A DNA stretch of 32,373 bases from Chloroflexota bacterium (lineage in GTDB: Bacteria; Chloroflexota; Dehalococcoidia; GIF9; UBA5629). Numbering within the stretch: the stretch's first letter is position 1; every line of letters begins with the position of its first letter. The stretch covers positions 25,269-57,641 of the forward strand of contig JBBISW010000002.1 of the NCBI GenBank assembly GCA_037441105.1. The letters run 5' to 3'. Below, one piece after another: positions 1-8,996 of this stretch. Under the pieces are notes generated by a model, which saw only the letters and a list, made by a program, of their open reading frames with translations, was not told where the DNA came from and searched no databases. The position numbers were made by a program, and so were the translations under genes.

Positions 1-55
1 TCTGTTGAGCTTTAATCGGCGTATTCACCATAAGTGTCTGAGTTCTAGTAGTCAT
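1..55 (-). CDS. N-terminus of a gene running off the window edge (MTTRTQTLMVNTPIKAQQ...), product unknown
   Basis: ATG at 55-53 on the minus strand, preceded by SD AAGGAGG (complement of cctcctt, 61-67). Frame is open to base 1. Confidence 0.6.
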   Translation of the reverse strand, partial: MTTRTQTLMVNTPIKAQQ

Positions 56-210
56 CGTGCCCTCCTTTAACTGTTCATTTGCCTCTGTCAACAATGTCCG
101 AAACAATTCTCAAATTGCGGTCCTCGTCTCTAGTATGAATGACATCCCGATAGAATCATTATATAACATAGATAATCGCCAAGTCATTAGAAAACCATGG
201 CTATTTCGCT

Positions 211-1014
211 TCATAGGCCATGATGCTTCCAAACAGGTTTTCGCTTCTCTAAAAAGGCGCGGGCACCTTCAGAGTGTTTGTCCTGGCGCATCCACATAGA
301 CCTCAACAGCTCTGCTTCAATGCGCAGCCCTTCTTCTATTGGCCGGCCCCAGCTCCTGACCACGACTTCCTTATCAGAGCGGATAGCCCCCTGAGGGAGT
401 TCGCTAATTGCTCTCGCCAGTTCCAGTGCTCGCTCCATCAGCTTTTTCCCGGGTACAACCTCAGAAACCAGCCCAATACGCAATGCTTCCTCTGCATTGA
501 TGCGTCGACCGGTGATAATTAACTCCAGCGCTTTGGCATATCCTACGATCATGGGCAGACGGATACCGCCACCATCACCAAGCATAATGTTCCAGCGCCG
601 TTCCAGCATGCCGAATTCGGCGTGGTCAGCAGCGATGCGCATGTCCAGCGAACAAGCAGTCTCCAGGCCTGCAGCGAAGCAGTAGCCGTTGATGGCAGCA
701 ATAGTGGGTTTAAAGATATCAGCGCGGCGGGTGTAGCCGCAGGGACCTGGGTCATCGGCAGCTAACATTCTTTCATATATAGAGGGGTCGGTTAATGCAG
801 CAGCCTCCTTCAAGTCCCACCCAGCACTGAAAGCTTTGTCACCAGCACCAGTCATGATAGCGACAAAAGCATCGTCATCATCCCTGAAAGTACGCCAGGC
901 ATCATGAAGTTCAGTCGCTGTAGCCCTGCTAAGAGCGTTGTGGACCTCCGGGCGATTAAGAGTTATGATAACAACATGCCCGTCTTTCTCATAGAGAATG
1001 TTTTTGTAAGCCAT
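211..1014 (-). CDS. Enoyl-CoA hydratase/isomerase (crotonase) family protein
   Basis: ITLNRPEVHNAL, AFSAGWDLK, AAINGYCFAAGLE, second Glu in MLERRW, C-terminal AFLEKRKPVW. SD AGGAGG upstream. Confidence 0.93.
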   Translation of the reverse strand: MAYKNILYEKDGHVVIITLNRPEVHNALSRATATELHDAWRTFRDDDDAFVAIMTGAGDKAFSAGWDLKEAAALTDPSIYERMLAADDPGPCGYTRRADIFKPTIAAINGYCFAAGLETACSLDMRIAADHAEFGMLERRWNIMLGDGGGIRLPMIVGYAKALELIITGRRINAEEALRIGLVSEVVPGKKLMERALELARAISELPQGAIRSDKEVVVRSWGRPIEEGLRIEAELLRSMWMRQDKHSEGARAFLEKRKPVWKHHGL

Positions 1015-1128
1015 ACGAAAACCTCCTTTTGAATTACTTTCCCCATACCAATGAGAGCGACTACTGCAAACGATTTATGTTGAGATGTCGTAAAAACTAA
1101 CTTGCCGACAGTCAAACTTCGCCAACAC

Positions 1129-1157
1129 TTGACAACAACAATATAAAATGGTATATT
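1129..1157 (+). promoter_or_regulatory. Sigma70-type promoter for the marR gene
   Basis: TTGACA (1129-1134), 17 nt spacer, TG-G-TATATT extended -10 (1152-1157). Confidence 0.7.
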
Positions 1158-1158
1158 A

Positions 1159-1179
1159 CATATGTTAATGTAACATATG
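1159..1179. promoter_or_regulatory. Palindromic operator, probable MarR binding site
   Basis: Perfect inverted repeat CATATGTTA-ATG-TAACATATG between the divergent crotonase and marR genes. Confidence 0.7.
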
Positions 1180-1193
1180 CAACTATTCTATAT

Positions 1194-1222
1194 ATTGTAT
1201 TTTAACGGTACAAAAAAGTCAA
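1194..1222 (-). promoter_or_regulatory. Sigma70-type promoter for the leftward crotonase gene
   Basis: Minus strand TTGACT (1222-1217), 17 nt spacer, TACAAT (1199-1194). Confidence 0.65.
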
Positions 1223-1246
1223 GTACCTTATCCCGATACAGTTTGT

Positions 1247-1768
1247 TTGATGATGAGGAGTAAATTGGCAAGCGACTTTGAGGATAAGATAGAGGACCTG
1301 GCTAACGAAATAAGAGAGCAAGTCAATCGCTTATCCGTAGACAACTTTATCACATTCCTCCACACGGCTGATATAGTGGAGAGGTATGTAGATATTGAGA
1401 TGCAGAAGGTTGGGATAAATCGAACACACTTATCTCTTTTAAATCACTTAATAGTGCTCGGCGGCAGAGCAACACCAACCGAGTTAAGCAAGAGGATATT
1501 TCGCTCCAAGCATGCCATTACTAGAGCTGTTGATACCCTCGATAAGGAAGGCTTGGCCAGAAGGGAAGGCATAGGTGAAGACCGCAGAAACAGAAGGGTT
1601 GCTATAACCACAAAAGGGCTAAATTTCGTGAGGCGAATGGTTCCCGTAAGGGAAGAAATCGGTTCCAGAATCATGTCGCCATTGAACGAAACAGAAGCTA
1701 ATCAATTAAGTGCCATTTTAAAGCGACTCAGGAGGCACATGGTGAGCCTCATAGCAGAAACAACTTAG
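1247..1768 (+). CDS. MarR family transcriptional regulator (start may be TTG at 1265 after GAGGAG)
   Basis: Winged HTH TPTELSKRIFRSKHAITRAVDTLDKEGLARR and wing motif DRRNRRVAITTKG. Confidence 0.92.
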   Translation: MMMRSKLASDFEDKIEDLANEIREQVNRLSVDNFITFLHTADIVERYVDIEMQKVGINRTHLSLLNHLIVLGGRATPTELSKRIFRSKHAITRAVDTLDKEGLARREGIGEDRRNRRVAITTKGLNFVRRMVPVREEIGSRIMSPLNETEANQLSAILKRLRRHMVSLIAETT

Positions 1769-1948
1769 AAGCATGTTCGCAGATTTATAGGGCTCCATCT
1801 GATTATCAACTTATTTTCATGTCATCCGGCAATAGCAAACGCTTGCACAGCTAAATGGCAGGTTCAACTTTCGCCACAGGGTGCTTGGGATAAGCTATAA
1901 GAATCACTAAGAAAACAAGTTTAGATTGAAAAACAGAAAGGAGACAAA

Positions 1949-3091
1949 TTGAGCACAGAAAAGATATTTCGGACTGAACTCTGCGACATGTTAGCTATTG
2001 AGTACCCGATTTTGCTTGCCGGAATGGGAGGATTAGCTGGCGAGGGGCACGCAGCACAGCCGAAGCTCGTTGCCGCTGTATCCAACGCCGGTGGCATGGG
2101 TGTCTTGGGAGCTACTGGACTGTCCTTAGACGAACTGCGTGATCAGATTAGAGAAATCAAGCGCCTTACCAACAAGCCCTTCGGAGTTGACGTGCTGCTT
2201 CCTGAGGAAATTGCTATATCACCGCCACCGAATATGTCATTGGCGGAAATGAAAAGGAAATTTGTACCTAAAGAGTACATCGATTTTATTGAGAGTGTGG
2301 CGGCAAATTATGGTGTCCCCATTACTGAGACCAAGCTAGATTTTGCCTTTAGTGAAGAACATTCCAAAAAGCAGATAGAAGTAATGATTGAAGAAAGTGT
2401 CCCTCTCTATTGCTCAGGCCTTGGAATCCCAGAGTGGGTTGTACCGATGGCTCACGAAGGGGGAATGAAGATACTGGGGCTGGCTGGTAATGTACGCGCA
2501 GCACTGCGCCATAAGAAGGCAGGCATTGATTTTATTGTGGCTCAGGGACATGAAGCAGGAGGCCATACTGGCAGAGTGAGCACCTTCGCCTTAATTCCTC
2601 AAGTGGTTGATGCTGTGGCACCCACTCCGGTTTTAGCTGCTGGTGGAATAGGTGACGGCAGAGGGATTGTTGCCGCTCTAGCACTTGGAGCTATTGGAGT
2701 ATGGGTAGGCACTGCCTTTCTCTTCGCCGTGGAGGCTAACGTGACGGATATCCATCGGAAGATGATGACAGAGGCCACTGAAGAGGATACCAGAATCAGC
2801 AGGGTATGGACAGGCAAAACTCTGCGCCAGATGAAGAACCCAGTACAAGAGGCTTTTGACAAATCAGGGATGCTTCCTCTACCTATGCCTGTACAGGTGC
2901 TACTCATGATTGATCTCATTTACAGCCTGGCAAAGGCAAAAAGACATGACCTTCTATGTGCACCAGCAGGACAGATAGTGGGAATGCTTAAGGAGACAAA
3001 ACCAGCCAAACAGATACTAGATGATATGGTTGATGGGGCGATAAAACTTCTGGGTGAAACCCTCCCCGGCAAGGTTACTATGAAAACATAA
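1949..3091 (+). CDS. Nitronate monooxygenase / FabK-like FMN-dependent oxidoreductase family protein
   Basis: YPILLAGMG, LVAAVSNAGGMG, QGHEAGGHTG (catalytic His), LAAGGIGDGRG, GVWVGTAF. TTG start with SD AAGGAG. Confidence 0.9.
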   Translation: MSTEKIFRTELCDMLAIEYPILLAGMGGLAGEGHAAQPKLVAAVSNAGGMGVLGATGLSLDELRDQIREIKRLTNKPFGVDVLLPEEIAISPPPNMSLAEMKRKFVPKEYIDFIESVAANYGVPITETKLDFAFSEEHSKKQIEVMIEESVPLYCSGLGIPEWVVPMAHEGGMKILGLAGNVRAALRHKKAGIDFIVAQGHEAGGHTGRVSTFALIPQVVDAVAPTPVLAAGGIGDGRGIVAALALGAIGVWVGTAFLFAVEANVTDIHRKMMTEATEEDTRISRVWTGKTLRQMKNPVQEAFDKSGMLPLPMPVQVLLMIDLIYSLAKAKRHDLLCAPAGQIVGMLKETKPAKQILDDMVDGAIKLLGETLPGKVTMKT

Positions 3092-3134
3092 AGTCGGTTC
3101 ATCCAGATAGAATACCCACAAAGGAGGAATTTAA

Positions 3135-5057
3135 ATGAGCCAGCTTCAGAAGCTATTTGAACCCATTAACATGGGAAAAATGGAGCTGAAGAACAGATTG
3201 GTAATGCCAGCTATGGCAATTGGACTGGGAGCCAACGACACGGTAACCGACCGATTCAAGGATTTTTACGCTGAAAGGGCACGGGGTGGTGTTGGGCTTA
3301 TAGTTGTTGGCCTCGCAACTACTATGTATCCTGGCCCCTTTTTCCCGAGTGGTATCGGGATATACAAAGATGAATTCATACCGGGTCTGCGTGAGTTTGC
3401 CGACTTAATGCATAAGTGTGGGGCGAAGGTAGCCATACAAATATCCGCCCTCGGGATTCTGCCTAAGGAAGATGGCAAATTAGAACTAGTTGGCCCCTCG
3501 GATGTTACGGTTGAGAGACATCCCAATGCTCCCAAACCAAGGCCATTAACCATTGGCGAGATCAGCCAGGTTGTGAAAAGCTATGGGGATGCTGCCCAGC
3601 GTGCGAGGGAAGCGGGGTTCGATGCGGTCGAGGTTAACACAATCGCGGGTACGAGCCTTATTAGTCACTTTCTGTCTGGCCACACTAACAAGAGGACTGA
3701 CATCTATGGGGGTGACATAGAAAAGCGGGCTCGATTACTTCTTGGGTGTATAGAAAACGTCAAGGAAAGGGTGGGCAGAGACTATCCACTTTTGTGCCGG
3801 GTTTCTGGAGCCGATTTCATGGATGGTGGTAACACGTTAGAAGATACTAAGATAGTTGCTCCGATGATTGAGAGGGCTGGTATTCATGCCATCAACGTAT
3901 CGACAGGGTGGCACGAGTCACCTGTCCCCTTTATACAGATGTCCGTTCCGCAGGCAAACTGGATCTATCTGGCAGAGGAGGTTAAAAAAGTAGTTAACAT
4001 CCCGATTATAGGTGGCACAAGGATATCAGACCCTCACCTGGCAGAGCAGATTCTGGTTGATGGAAAGGTTGATTTTATATATCTCGCTCGAGCTCTCATC
4101 GCTGACCCTGAGTGGCCAAACAAGGCTAGGGAAGGTCGATTCGATGAAATAAGACAATGCACCGCCTGCTGTACATGCTTTGACAGGGCGATGGAGCGAG
4201 ATGGCATCACATGCGCCGTCAACACCAGAGCAGGAAGAGAAGCCGAGTACAACATTGTACCAACGAAGCAGCCCAAGAAGGTGTTCATCATTGGTGGAGG
4301 TCCGGCAGGAATGGAAGCAGCTAGAGTAGCTGCCATGAGAGGCCATCATGTTACGCTGGCTGACAACAAAGACCAGTTGGGCGGCCAACTTTTGGTAGCC
4401 ATTATACCACCTCACAAAGAGGAGCTAGGCAACCTGACTAAATATCTATCACGGCAGATGGATAAGTTGGGAGTGAATGTCAGGCTAGGAGAAGAAGCAA
4501 ACGGAAAGGCTATTACAAATGCCGAACCAGACGTCGTGATAATAGCCACTGGAGCAACGCCGATAATTCCTGATATCCCGGGGGCAAAGGGTAAAAACGT
4601 GATCCTGGCCACAGATGTTCTGAAAGGCCATCGAGAGGTTAGCCAGAATGTACTCATAGTCGGTGGTGGAATGGTAGGTTGTGAGACGGCTGAATTCTTA
4701 GCAGTAAGTGGCAAGAAAGTGACTATTCTCGAGATGCTGGGACGGATAGGGGCAGACATAGAACGAGCCAACAGATGGGTAATAATGGGGAGGCTACGCA
4801 GCCTTGGCGTAAGGATGGAAAGAAATGCTAAGGTGGAAGAAATAACAGAAAGTGGCGTGAGGGTAATCCGCGATGGAAAGGCTGAATTCCTTGAAGGAGA
4901 CCGTGTTGTGCTTGCCGTAGGAATGGAGTCAAACCGGAAGCTTGCCCAAGAATTGGAGGGGAAGGTTGCCGAACTGCACGTGGTCGGAGACAGCGCCAAA
5001 CCAGGCAAGATAGCTCAGGCCATTGAGAGTGGGTTTCAAGTGGTACAGACGCTCTAG
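3135..5057 (+). CDS. NADH:flavin oxidoreductase (OYE TIM barrel + 4Fe-4S + FAD/NAD domains), FadH/2,4-dienoyl-CoA reductase-like
   Basis: [30 protein letters not shown]-x11-[31 protein letters not shown]. Confidence 0.9.
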   Translation: MSQLQKLFEPINMGKMELKNRLVMPAMAIGLGANDTVTDRFKDFYAERARGGVGLIVVGLATTMYPGPFFPSGIGIYKDEFIPGLREFADLMHKCGAKVAIQISALGILPKEDGKLELVGPSDVTVERHPNAPKPRPLTIGEISQVVKSYGDAAQRAREAGFDAVEVNTIAGTSLISHFLSGHTNKRTDIYGGDIEKRARLLLGCIENVKERVGRDYPLLCRVSGADFMDGGNTLEDTKIVAPMIERAGIHAINVSTGWHESPVPFIQMSVPQANWIYLAEEVKKVVNIPIIGGTRISDPHLAEQILVDGKVDFIYLARALIADPEWPNKAREGRFDEIRQCTACCTCFDRAMERDGITCAVNTRAGREAEYNIVPTKQPKKVFIIGGGPAGMEAARVAAMRGHHVTLADNKDQLGGQLLVAIIPPHKEELGNLTKYLSRQMDKLGVNVRLGEEANGKAITNAEPDVVIIATGATPIIPDIPGAKGKNVILATDVLKGHREVSQNVLIVGGGMVGCETAEFLAVSGKKVTILEMLGRIGADIERANRWVIMGRLRSLGVRMERNAKVEEITESGVRVIRDGKAEFLEGDRVVLAVGMESNRKLAQELEGKVAELHVVGDSAKPGKIAQAIESGFQVVQTL

Positions 5058-5091
5058 CCTATTACCGACGAATACTTGTAGAGGAGAGAAA

Positions 5092-5829
5092 ATGCTTAAG
5101 ACTGAAAAGGTGTTGCTGAAAATAGAAGATACAATAGCGACGGTTACCATGAACCGCCCAGAAAAGCTGAATGCTCTCGATGGAGAGCTATGGATGGGAT
5201 TGGAGGAAGCAGCTAAAGCTATAGAGCACGAGCCTAATGTCAGGGTTGCTATTCTCAGCGGAGCTGGACGTGCCTTTTGCGCAGGACTGGATATTAAAGC
5301 ATTGGCTTCCCCTGAAGAAATGTTCACAGGCCTGGCATTTCGTGATGCATTTGAAGGCGTACAGTATTTCAGAGGGGTTTTCAGTATGTATGAGTCCCTC
5401 CCTGTGCCAGTGATAGCAGCGATAAACGGTCCCTGCATAGGTGGAGGTATGGAGATCGCGCTAGCCTGCGATATCAGACTCGCCTCGGAGGACGTTGTTT
5501 TTTCAATACCTGAAGTAACTTACGGCATTATCCCGGACTGTGGTGGCACCCAGCGGTTACCACGCACAGTTGGCCCCAGTAGAGCCAGGGAACTCATATT
5601 CACCGGACGAAAAATTGATGCTACAGAGGCTCTCCGCATAGGCTTAGTAGACCATGTCTATCCACCTGACCAGCTAATGGCTAACGCAAGAAAACTGGCT
5701 GAGGAAATAGCCGCATTGCCCCCGGCTGCTGTTCAAGCCGCCAAAAGAGCCCTTAATATAGCTATGTCGTGCGGCTTGGACATCGGCCTGAATTATGAGA
5801 GCGCCATCTCCAGCAAATTCTATAAATAA
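5092..5829 (+). CDS. Enoyl-CoA hydratase/isomerase (crotonase) family protein
   Basis: ATG at 5092 after [52 protein letters not shown] (both catalytic Glu present). Confidence 0.92.
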   Translation: MLKTEKVLLKIEDTIATVTMNRPEKLNALDGELWMGLEEAAKAIEHEPNVRVAILSGAGRAFCAGLDIKALASPEEMFTGLAFRDAFEGVQYFRGVFSMYESLPVPVIAAINGPCIGGGMEIALACDIRLASEDVVFSIPEVTYGIIPDCGGTQRLPRTVGPSRARELIFTGRKIDATEALRIGLVDHVYPPDQLMANARKLAEEIAALPPAAVQAAKRALNIAMSCGLDIGLNYESAISSKFYK

Positions 5830-5934
5830 AGCCTCGGCTCCCTCTGATGCTAAATTTGCCTTGTTTTGTTATGATATGTCACACTATACTCGAAAGTGTC
5901 CTGCTTCATACAACAAACCACATGGGCAGTAAAA

Positions 5935-6810
5935 ATGTTTCAGGATAGTAACACGGCAGGCAAAAGCATCGCCCAACACATTGTGAAATCTGCGGAGACA
6001 TATCTAGCCCCAGATGGCATGAAATATCCTGTCATCAGTTTGAAGGCAGTAACCTCTATTGCCCACACAGAGGGAATCTCTGCTATAGAGGTGCAAATCG
6101 TATCGCTGAAGCAGGGCATTATCCCCTGGCGCTATCTTCGCAACATAGGCACAATTGGCTTGGATGGGCAGGTAAAGCTATTACAATCGACCGTGGCTGT
6201 GGTTGGAGTAGGTGGATTAGGTGGCACAATAATTGAACTCTTGGCCAGACAAGGGATAGGCCACATAATCATTATTGACAATGACCGTTTTGCCGAACAG
6301 AATTTAAATAGGCAGTTGATGTCCACCGAAGAAAACCTGGGTAAGTACAAAGCCATTGTCGCTGCGAGAAGGATTAAGGAAATAAACTCAGCAATTACTG
6401 TCACGACATTTTTGGAACGGTTCACTAGGGAAAATGCCACTAAACTACTCATGGATGCCCAGGTAGTGGTTGATGGGCTGGATAATCTGCCATCACGTTT
6501 TGCAGTTGAGGAGGCTTGCCGTGGGCTAGGAATTCCTTACGTTTATGGAACAATTGCTGGCTTCAGCGGCCAACTGATGACTATCTACCCGGAAGATGCA
6601 GGGCTTGTTTCCATTTATGGCCCGTCTGATAGTCAACCTGAGCATGGTATAGAAGTAAAAATTGGTAATCCTTCCGCCACACCGGCAATGGTAGCAGCCT
6701 GGCAGGTTCAGGAGGTAATCAAGATAATCACCGGAATCGGTAAACCTCTACGCAACCATATTCTTATATTAGACGCCACGGAGGGCATTGCCGACAAAAT
6801 CAAATTGTAA
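5935..6810 (+). CDS. HesA/MoeB/ThiF family E1-like adenylyltransferase (start uncertain, 5896 or 5935)
   Basis: RYLRNIG..GQVKL, VVGVGGLGG, DNDRFAEQNLNRQ, DGLDN. Has an N-terminal extension and lacks the CxxC Zn motifs. Confidence 0.9.
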   Translation: MFQDSNTAGKSIAQHIVKSAETYLAPDGMKYPVISLKAVTSIAHTEGISAIEVQIVSLKQGIIPWRYLRNIGTIGLDGQVKLLQSTVAVVGVGGLGGTIIELLARQGIGHIIIIDNDRFAEQNLNRQLMSTEENLGKYKAIVAARRIKEINSAITVTTFLERFTRENATKLLMDAQVVVDGLDNLPSRFAVEEACRGLGIPYVYGTIAGFSGQLMTIYPEDAGLVSIYGPSDSQPEHGIEVKIGNPSATPAMVAAWQVQEVIKIITGIGKPLRNHILILDATEGIADKIKL

Positions 6811-6820
6811 AGGTAATAAA

Positions 6821-7105
6821 ATGGCATTAATCACGGTAAGATTTTATAGCCTCTGGCGCCAATATCTGGGTATAGACAGTATCTCTTTAGATGCTGGCAA
6901 CTTGGAAGAGGCTCTAGCTCAAGTCGAAGAGAAGTTTGGCCATCGGCTCCGAGACCAACTTAGAGCCGATGGAATTCAAGTGGACGGGAAGATACAGGAT
7001 TACTCGCTTACGCTACTTAATGGTACCAGCCTGCGCAATCTGAAGCAGACGAACTTGAGAGATGGGGATCAGCTGCAGATTTTCCCTCCCGCCACTGGTG
7101 GATAA
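6821..7105 (+). CDS. MoaD/ThiS/SAMP-like ubiquitin-fold protein
   Basis: 94 aa; ITVRFY...LLNG...LRDGDQLQIFPPATGG with C-terminal diglycine. Confidence 0.9.
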   Translation: MALITVRFYSLWRQYLGIDSISLDAGNLEEALAQVEEKFGHRLRDQLRADGIQVDGKIQDYSLTLLNGTSLRNLKQTNLRDGDQLQIFPPATGG

Positions 7106-7113
7106 GAGCCAAA

Positions 7114-7887
7114 GTGCTAATGGCTGTTTTGTGGTCAGCTTTGTTCTTCTTACTCGGTGCTGCCGTAGGCAGCTTCATAAATGTAGTCGCCGATAGACTC
7201 CCTGAAGGCAAATCAATCATTTCACCACCATCTCGTTGCCCCGGATGCCAGCATAGGCTCTCAACTAGGGACTTGTTTCCGATTCTCAGCTACCTACTAC
7301 TCAAGAGTCGCTGCCGCTATTGCGGGATAACCATCCCTATGCGCTTATTCTGGGTAGAACTAGGCATGGCAGCTTTGTTTGCCTTCCTATACTGGCATTA
7401 TGGGATTAGTTGGAACCTAGTAATAGTTGCCCTCTATTGCTGTTTGTTCATCGTCCTTTTGGTCATTGACTTGGAGCACAACATTTTGCCCAACAAGATA
7501 GTTTTTCCCGGAATGGTTGCTGCTCTAATTGTGGCAGTGGTAGCTGAGTTCGTGCCACCAGTGGCCCAACCGGGACTTAAAAACGCGGCTATTGGTGGCG
7601 CTATCGGCTTCGGACTGCTGCTTCTTCCTGCCTTGATTTCCCGCGGGGGTATGGGATGGGGAGATGTCAAGCTGGCAGGACTGATAGGTTTAGTCATCGG
7701 CTTCCCATTGATTTTCCTAGCCATGTTTCTAGCCATCATTAGCGGTGGCTTAACGGCCGCAATTCTACTACTGCTAAAAATAAAAAGCCGAAAAGATATG
7801 ATACCCTTTGGCCCTTTCCTATCTTTAGCCACCTTGGTAACGCTATTCTGGGGTAACAACCTGCTTAACTGGTTAAATCTTTCTTGA
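7114..7887 (+). CDS. pilD: Prepilin peptidase / N-methyltransferase (A24, PilD/ComC-like); start may be ATG 7120
   Basis: GSFINVVADRLP, CPGC and CRYC Zn motifs, catalytic Asp in VIDLEH and GWGDVKL, IPFGPFL, multiple TM segments. Confidence 0.9.
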   Translation: MLMAVLWSALFFLLGAAVGSFINVVADRLPEGKSIISPPSRCPGCQHRLSTRDLFPILSYLLLKSRCRYCGITIPMRLFWVELGMAALFAFLYWHYGISWNLVIVALYCCLFIVLLVIDLEHNILPNKIVFPGMVAALIVAVVAEFVPPVAQPGLKNAAIGGAIGFGLLLLPALISRGGMGWGDVKLAGLIGLVIGFPLIFLAMFLAIISGGLTAAILLLLKIKSRKDMIPFGPFLSLATLVTLFWGNNLLNWLNLS

Positions 7888-7962
7888 CAGTAACAACAAG
7901 AAAGACTGCCGTTAGCTCAGCCTTCACTCTCCTGGTTGACAAGGAAGTCATCTCATAAGCTG

Positions 7963-7982
7963 AGTCATACTAAAGTATGACT
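7963..7982. promoter_or_regulatory. Perfect palindrome, probable NarL/LiaR/VraR-type 7-2-7 regulator site
   Basis: AGTCATACT-AA-AGTATGACT in the 220 nt intergenic region upstream of the hydrolase. Confidence 0.55.
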
Positions 7983-7994
7983 TTTTCATCGCCG

Positions 7995-8021
7995 AAAGGG
8001 TTGATTAGAGTCAGCCCTTTT
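7995..8021 (+). terminator. Possible intrinsic terminator hairpin downstream of pilD (alternatively further operator half-sites)
   Basis: AAAGGGTTGA-TTAGAG-TCAGCCCTTT stem followed by T/C-rich sequence. Confidence 0.35.
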
Positions 8022-8107
8022 CTCTGCACAAAACCAGCCACCCTCACGATTACGGAACGAAGGTTATAAGATAAACTTAAACTAGGTATTTGTTAGTAAG
8101 GTAAAAC

Positions 8108-8977
8108 ATGTTCAACAGAAAGGCTAAAGAAAAGACAACTGGAATCAAAGAGTTTCCCATCGCTTTTGGCAGTCACGGTGTAAAGCTCATCGGCAAGGTT
8201 CTGTTACCGGAAAATGTAGATACACATAGTCTTTTACCTGGCGCTGTTTTATGCCATGGCTTCGGTGCTAGCTCTAAGGCTGTAGAGCCCAGTGCCCGTA
8301 TTATGACAAGCCAGGGCATAGCCACTCTCATCTTCGATTTCCGTGGTCATGGCTCCAGCGAAGGTGTTGTTGACGGGAAGATGGTGGATGACATTGTTGA
8401 TGCCTGGAGTTTATTAGTACAGCTCCCCGAGGTAGATAGCAAACGAATGGGTCTCATTGGGCACAGTCTAGGGGCTATGTCTGCGATTATGGCCACAGAA
8501 AAGGTGGACAATCCTCACGCTCTGGTTGCTCTGGCTTGCCCACCAGAGGTGGACAGCCGACTCTTAGCAGATGAGCCGTTCACAATCGGGCGATGGGGGC
8601 AAGATACCACCATTATTGAATATCCCAGACATGGGGCTTTTCCCTGGTTGAAGGGTGTTGCTGCCCTGTTGTGCAGAGCCTGGATGTACCTGCATGGTTA
8701 CCGGGTTCGTGTTGACTGGCAAAAATTCTTTGAAGGCTTCCCGCTGATGAAAATGTCAGAAGCGCTTCAAAAGTTGGAAGATTGCTCTAAACTATTCGTT
8801 TTTTGCGAAGGCGACAAAGTGACCCCATATCAAAAAACTGCGCTTGTTTATGAAGCAGCTTGTGAGCCCAAGGCAATGTTCCTGGCTAAAGGAGGCTTTC
8901 ACACTACACCACTTATGCCCGGAACCGTACGTTCCCAGTGGATAAACTGGGCAGTTACAACTTTGAAGGTCAACTAG
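8108..8977 (+). CDS. Alpha/beta-fold serine hydrolase
   Basis: CHGFG, FDFRGHGSSEG, nucleophile GHSLG, candidate Asp in EGDKVTP and His in GGFHTT. Confidence 0.9.
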   Translation: MFNRKAKEKTTGIKEFPIAFGSHGVKLIGKVLLPENVDTHSLLPGAVLCHGFGASSKAVEPSARIMTSQGIATLIFDFRGHGSSEGVVDGKMVDDIVDAWSLLVQLPEVDSKRMGLIGHSLGAMSAIMATEKVDNPHALVALACPPEVDSRLLADEPFTIGRWGQDTTIIEYPRHGAFPWLKGVAALLCRAWMYLHGYRVRVDWQKFFEGFPLMKMSEALQKLEDCSKLFVFCEGDKVTPYQKTALVYEAACEPKAMFLAKGGFHTTPLMPGTVRSQWINWAVTTLKVN

Positions 8978-8996
8978 AATTAAATAAGAGGAGAAT

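Noticed and set aside
4412-5438. Long antisense ORFs (4412-5008, 4929-5438) and the many other shadow ORFs in the track, such as 30478-31128
   Set aside because: They lie opposite or inside well-supported genes and have no recognisable motifs; typical antisense shadows.
5935-7105. Anti-phage ubiquitin-like system (CBASS or Bil-type)
   Set aside because: No E2, JAB or cyclase genes, and the E1-like protein lacks the catalytic Cys.
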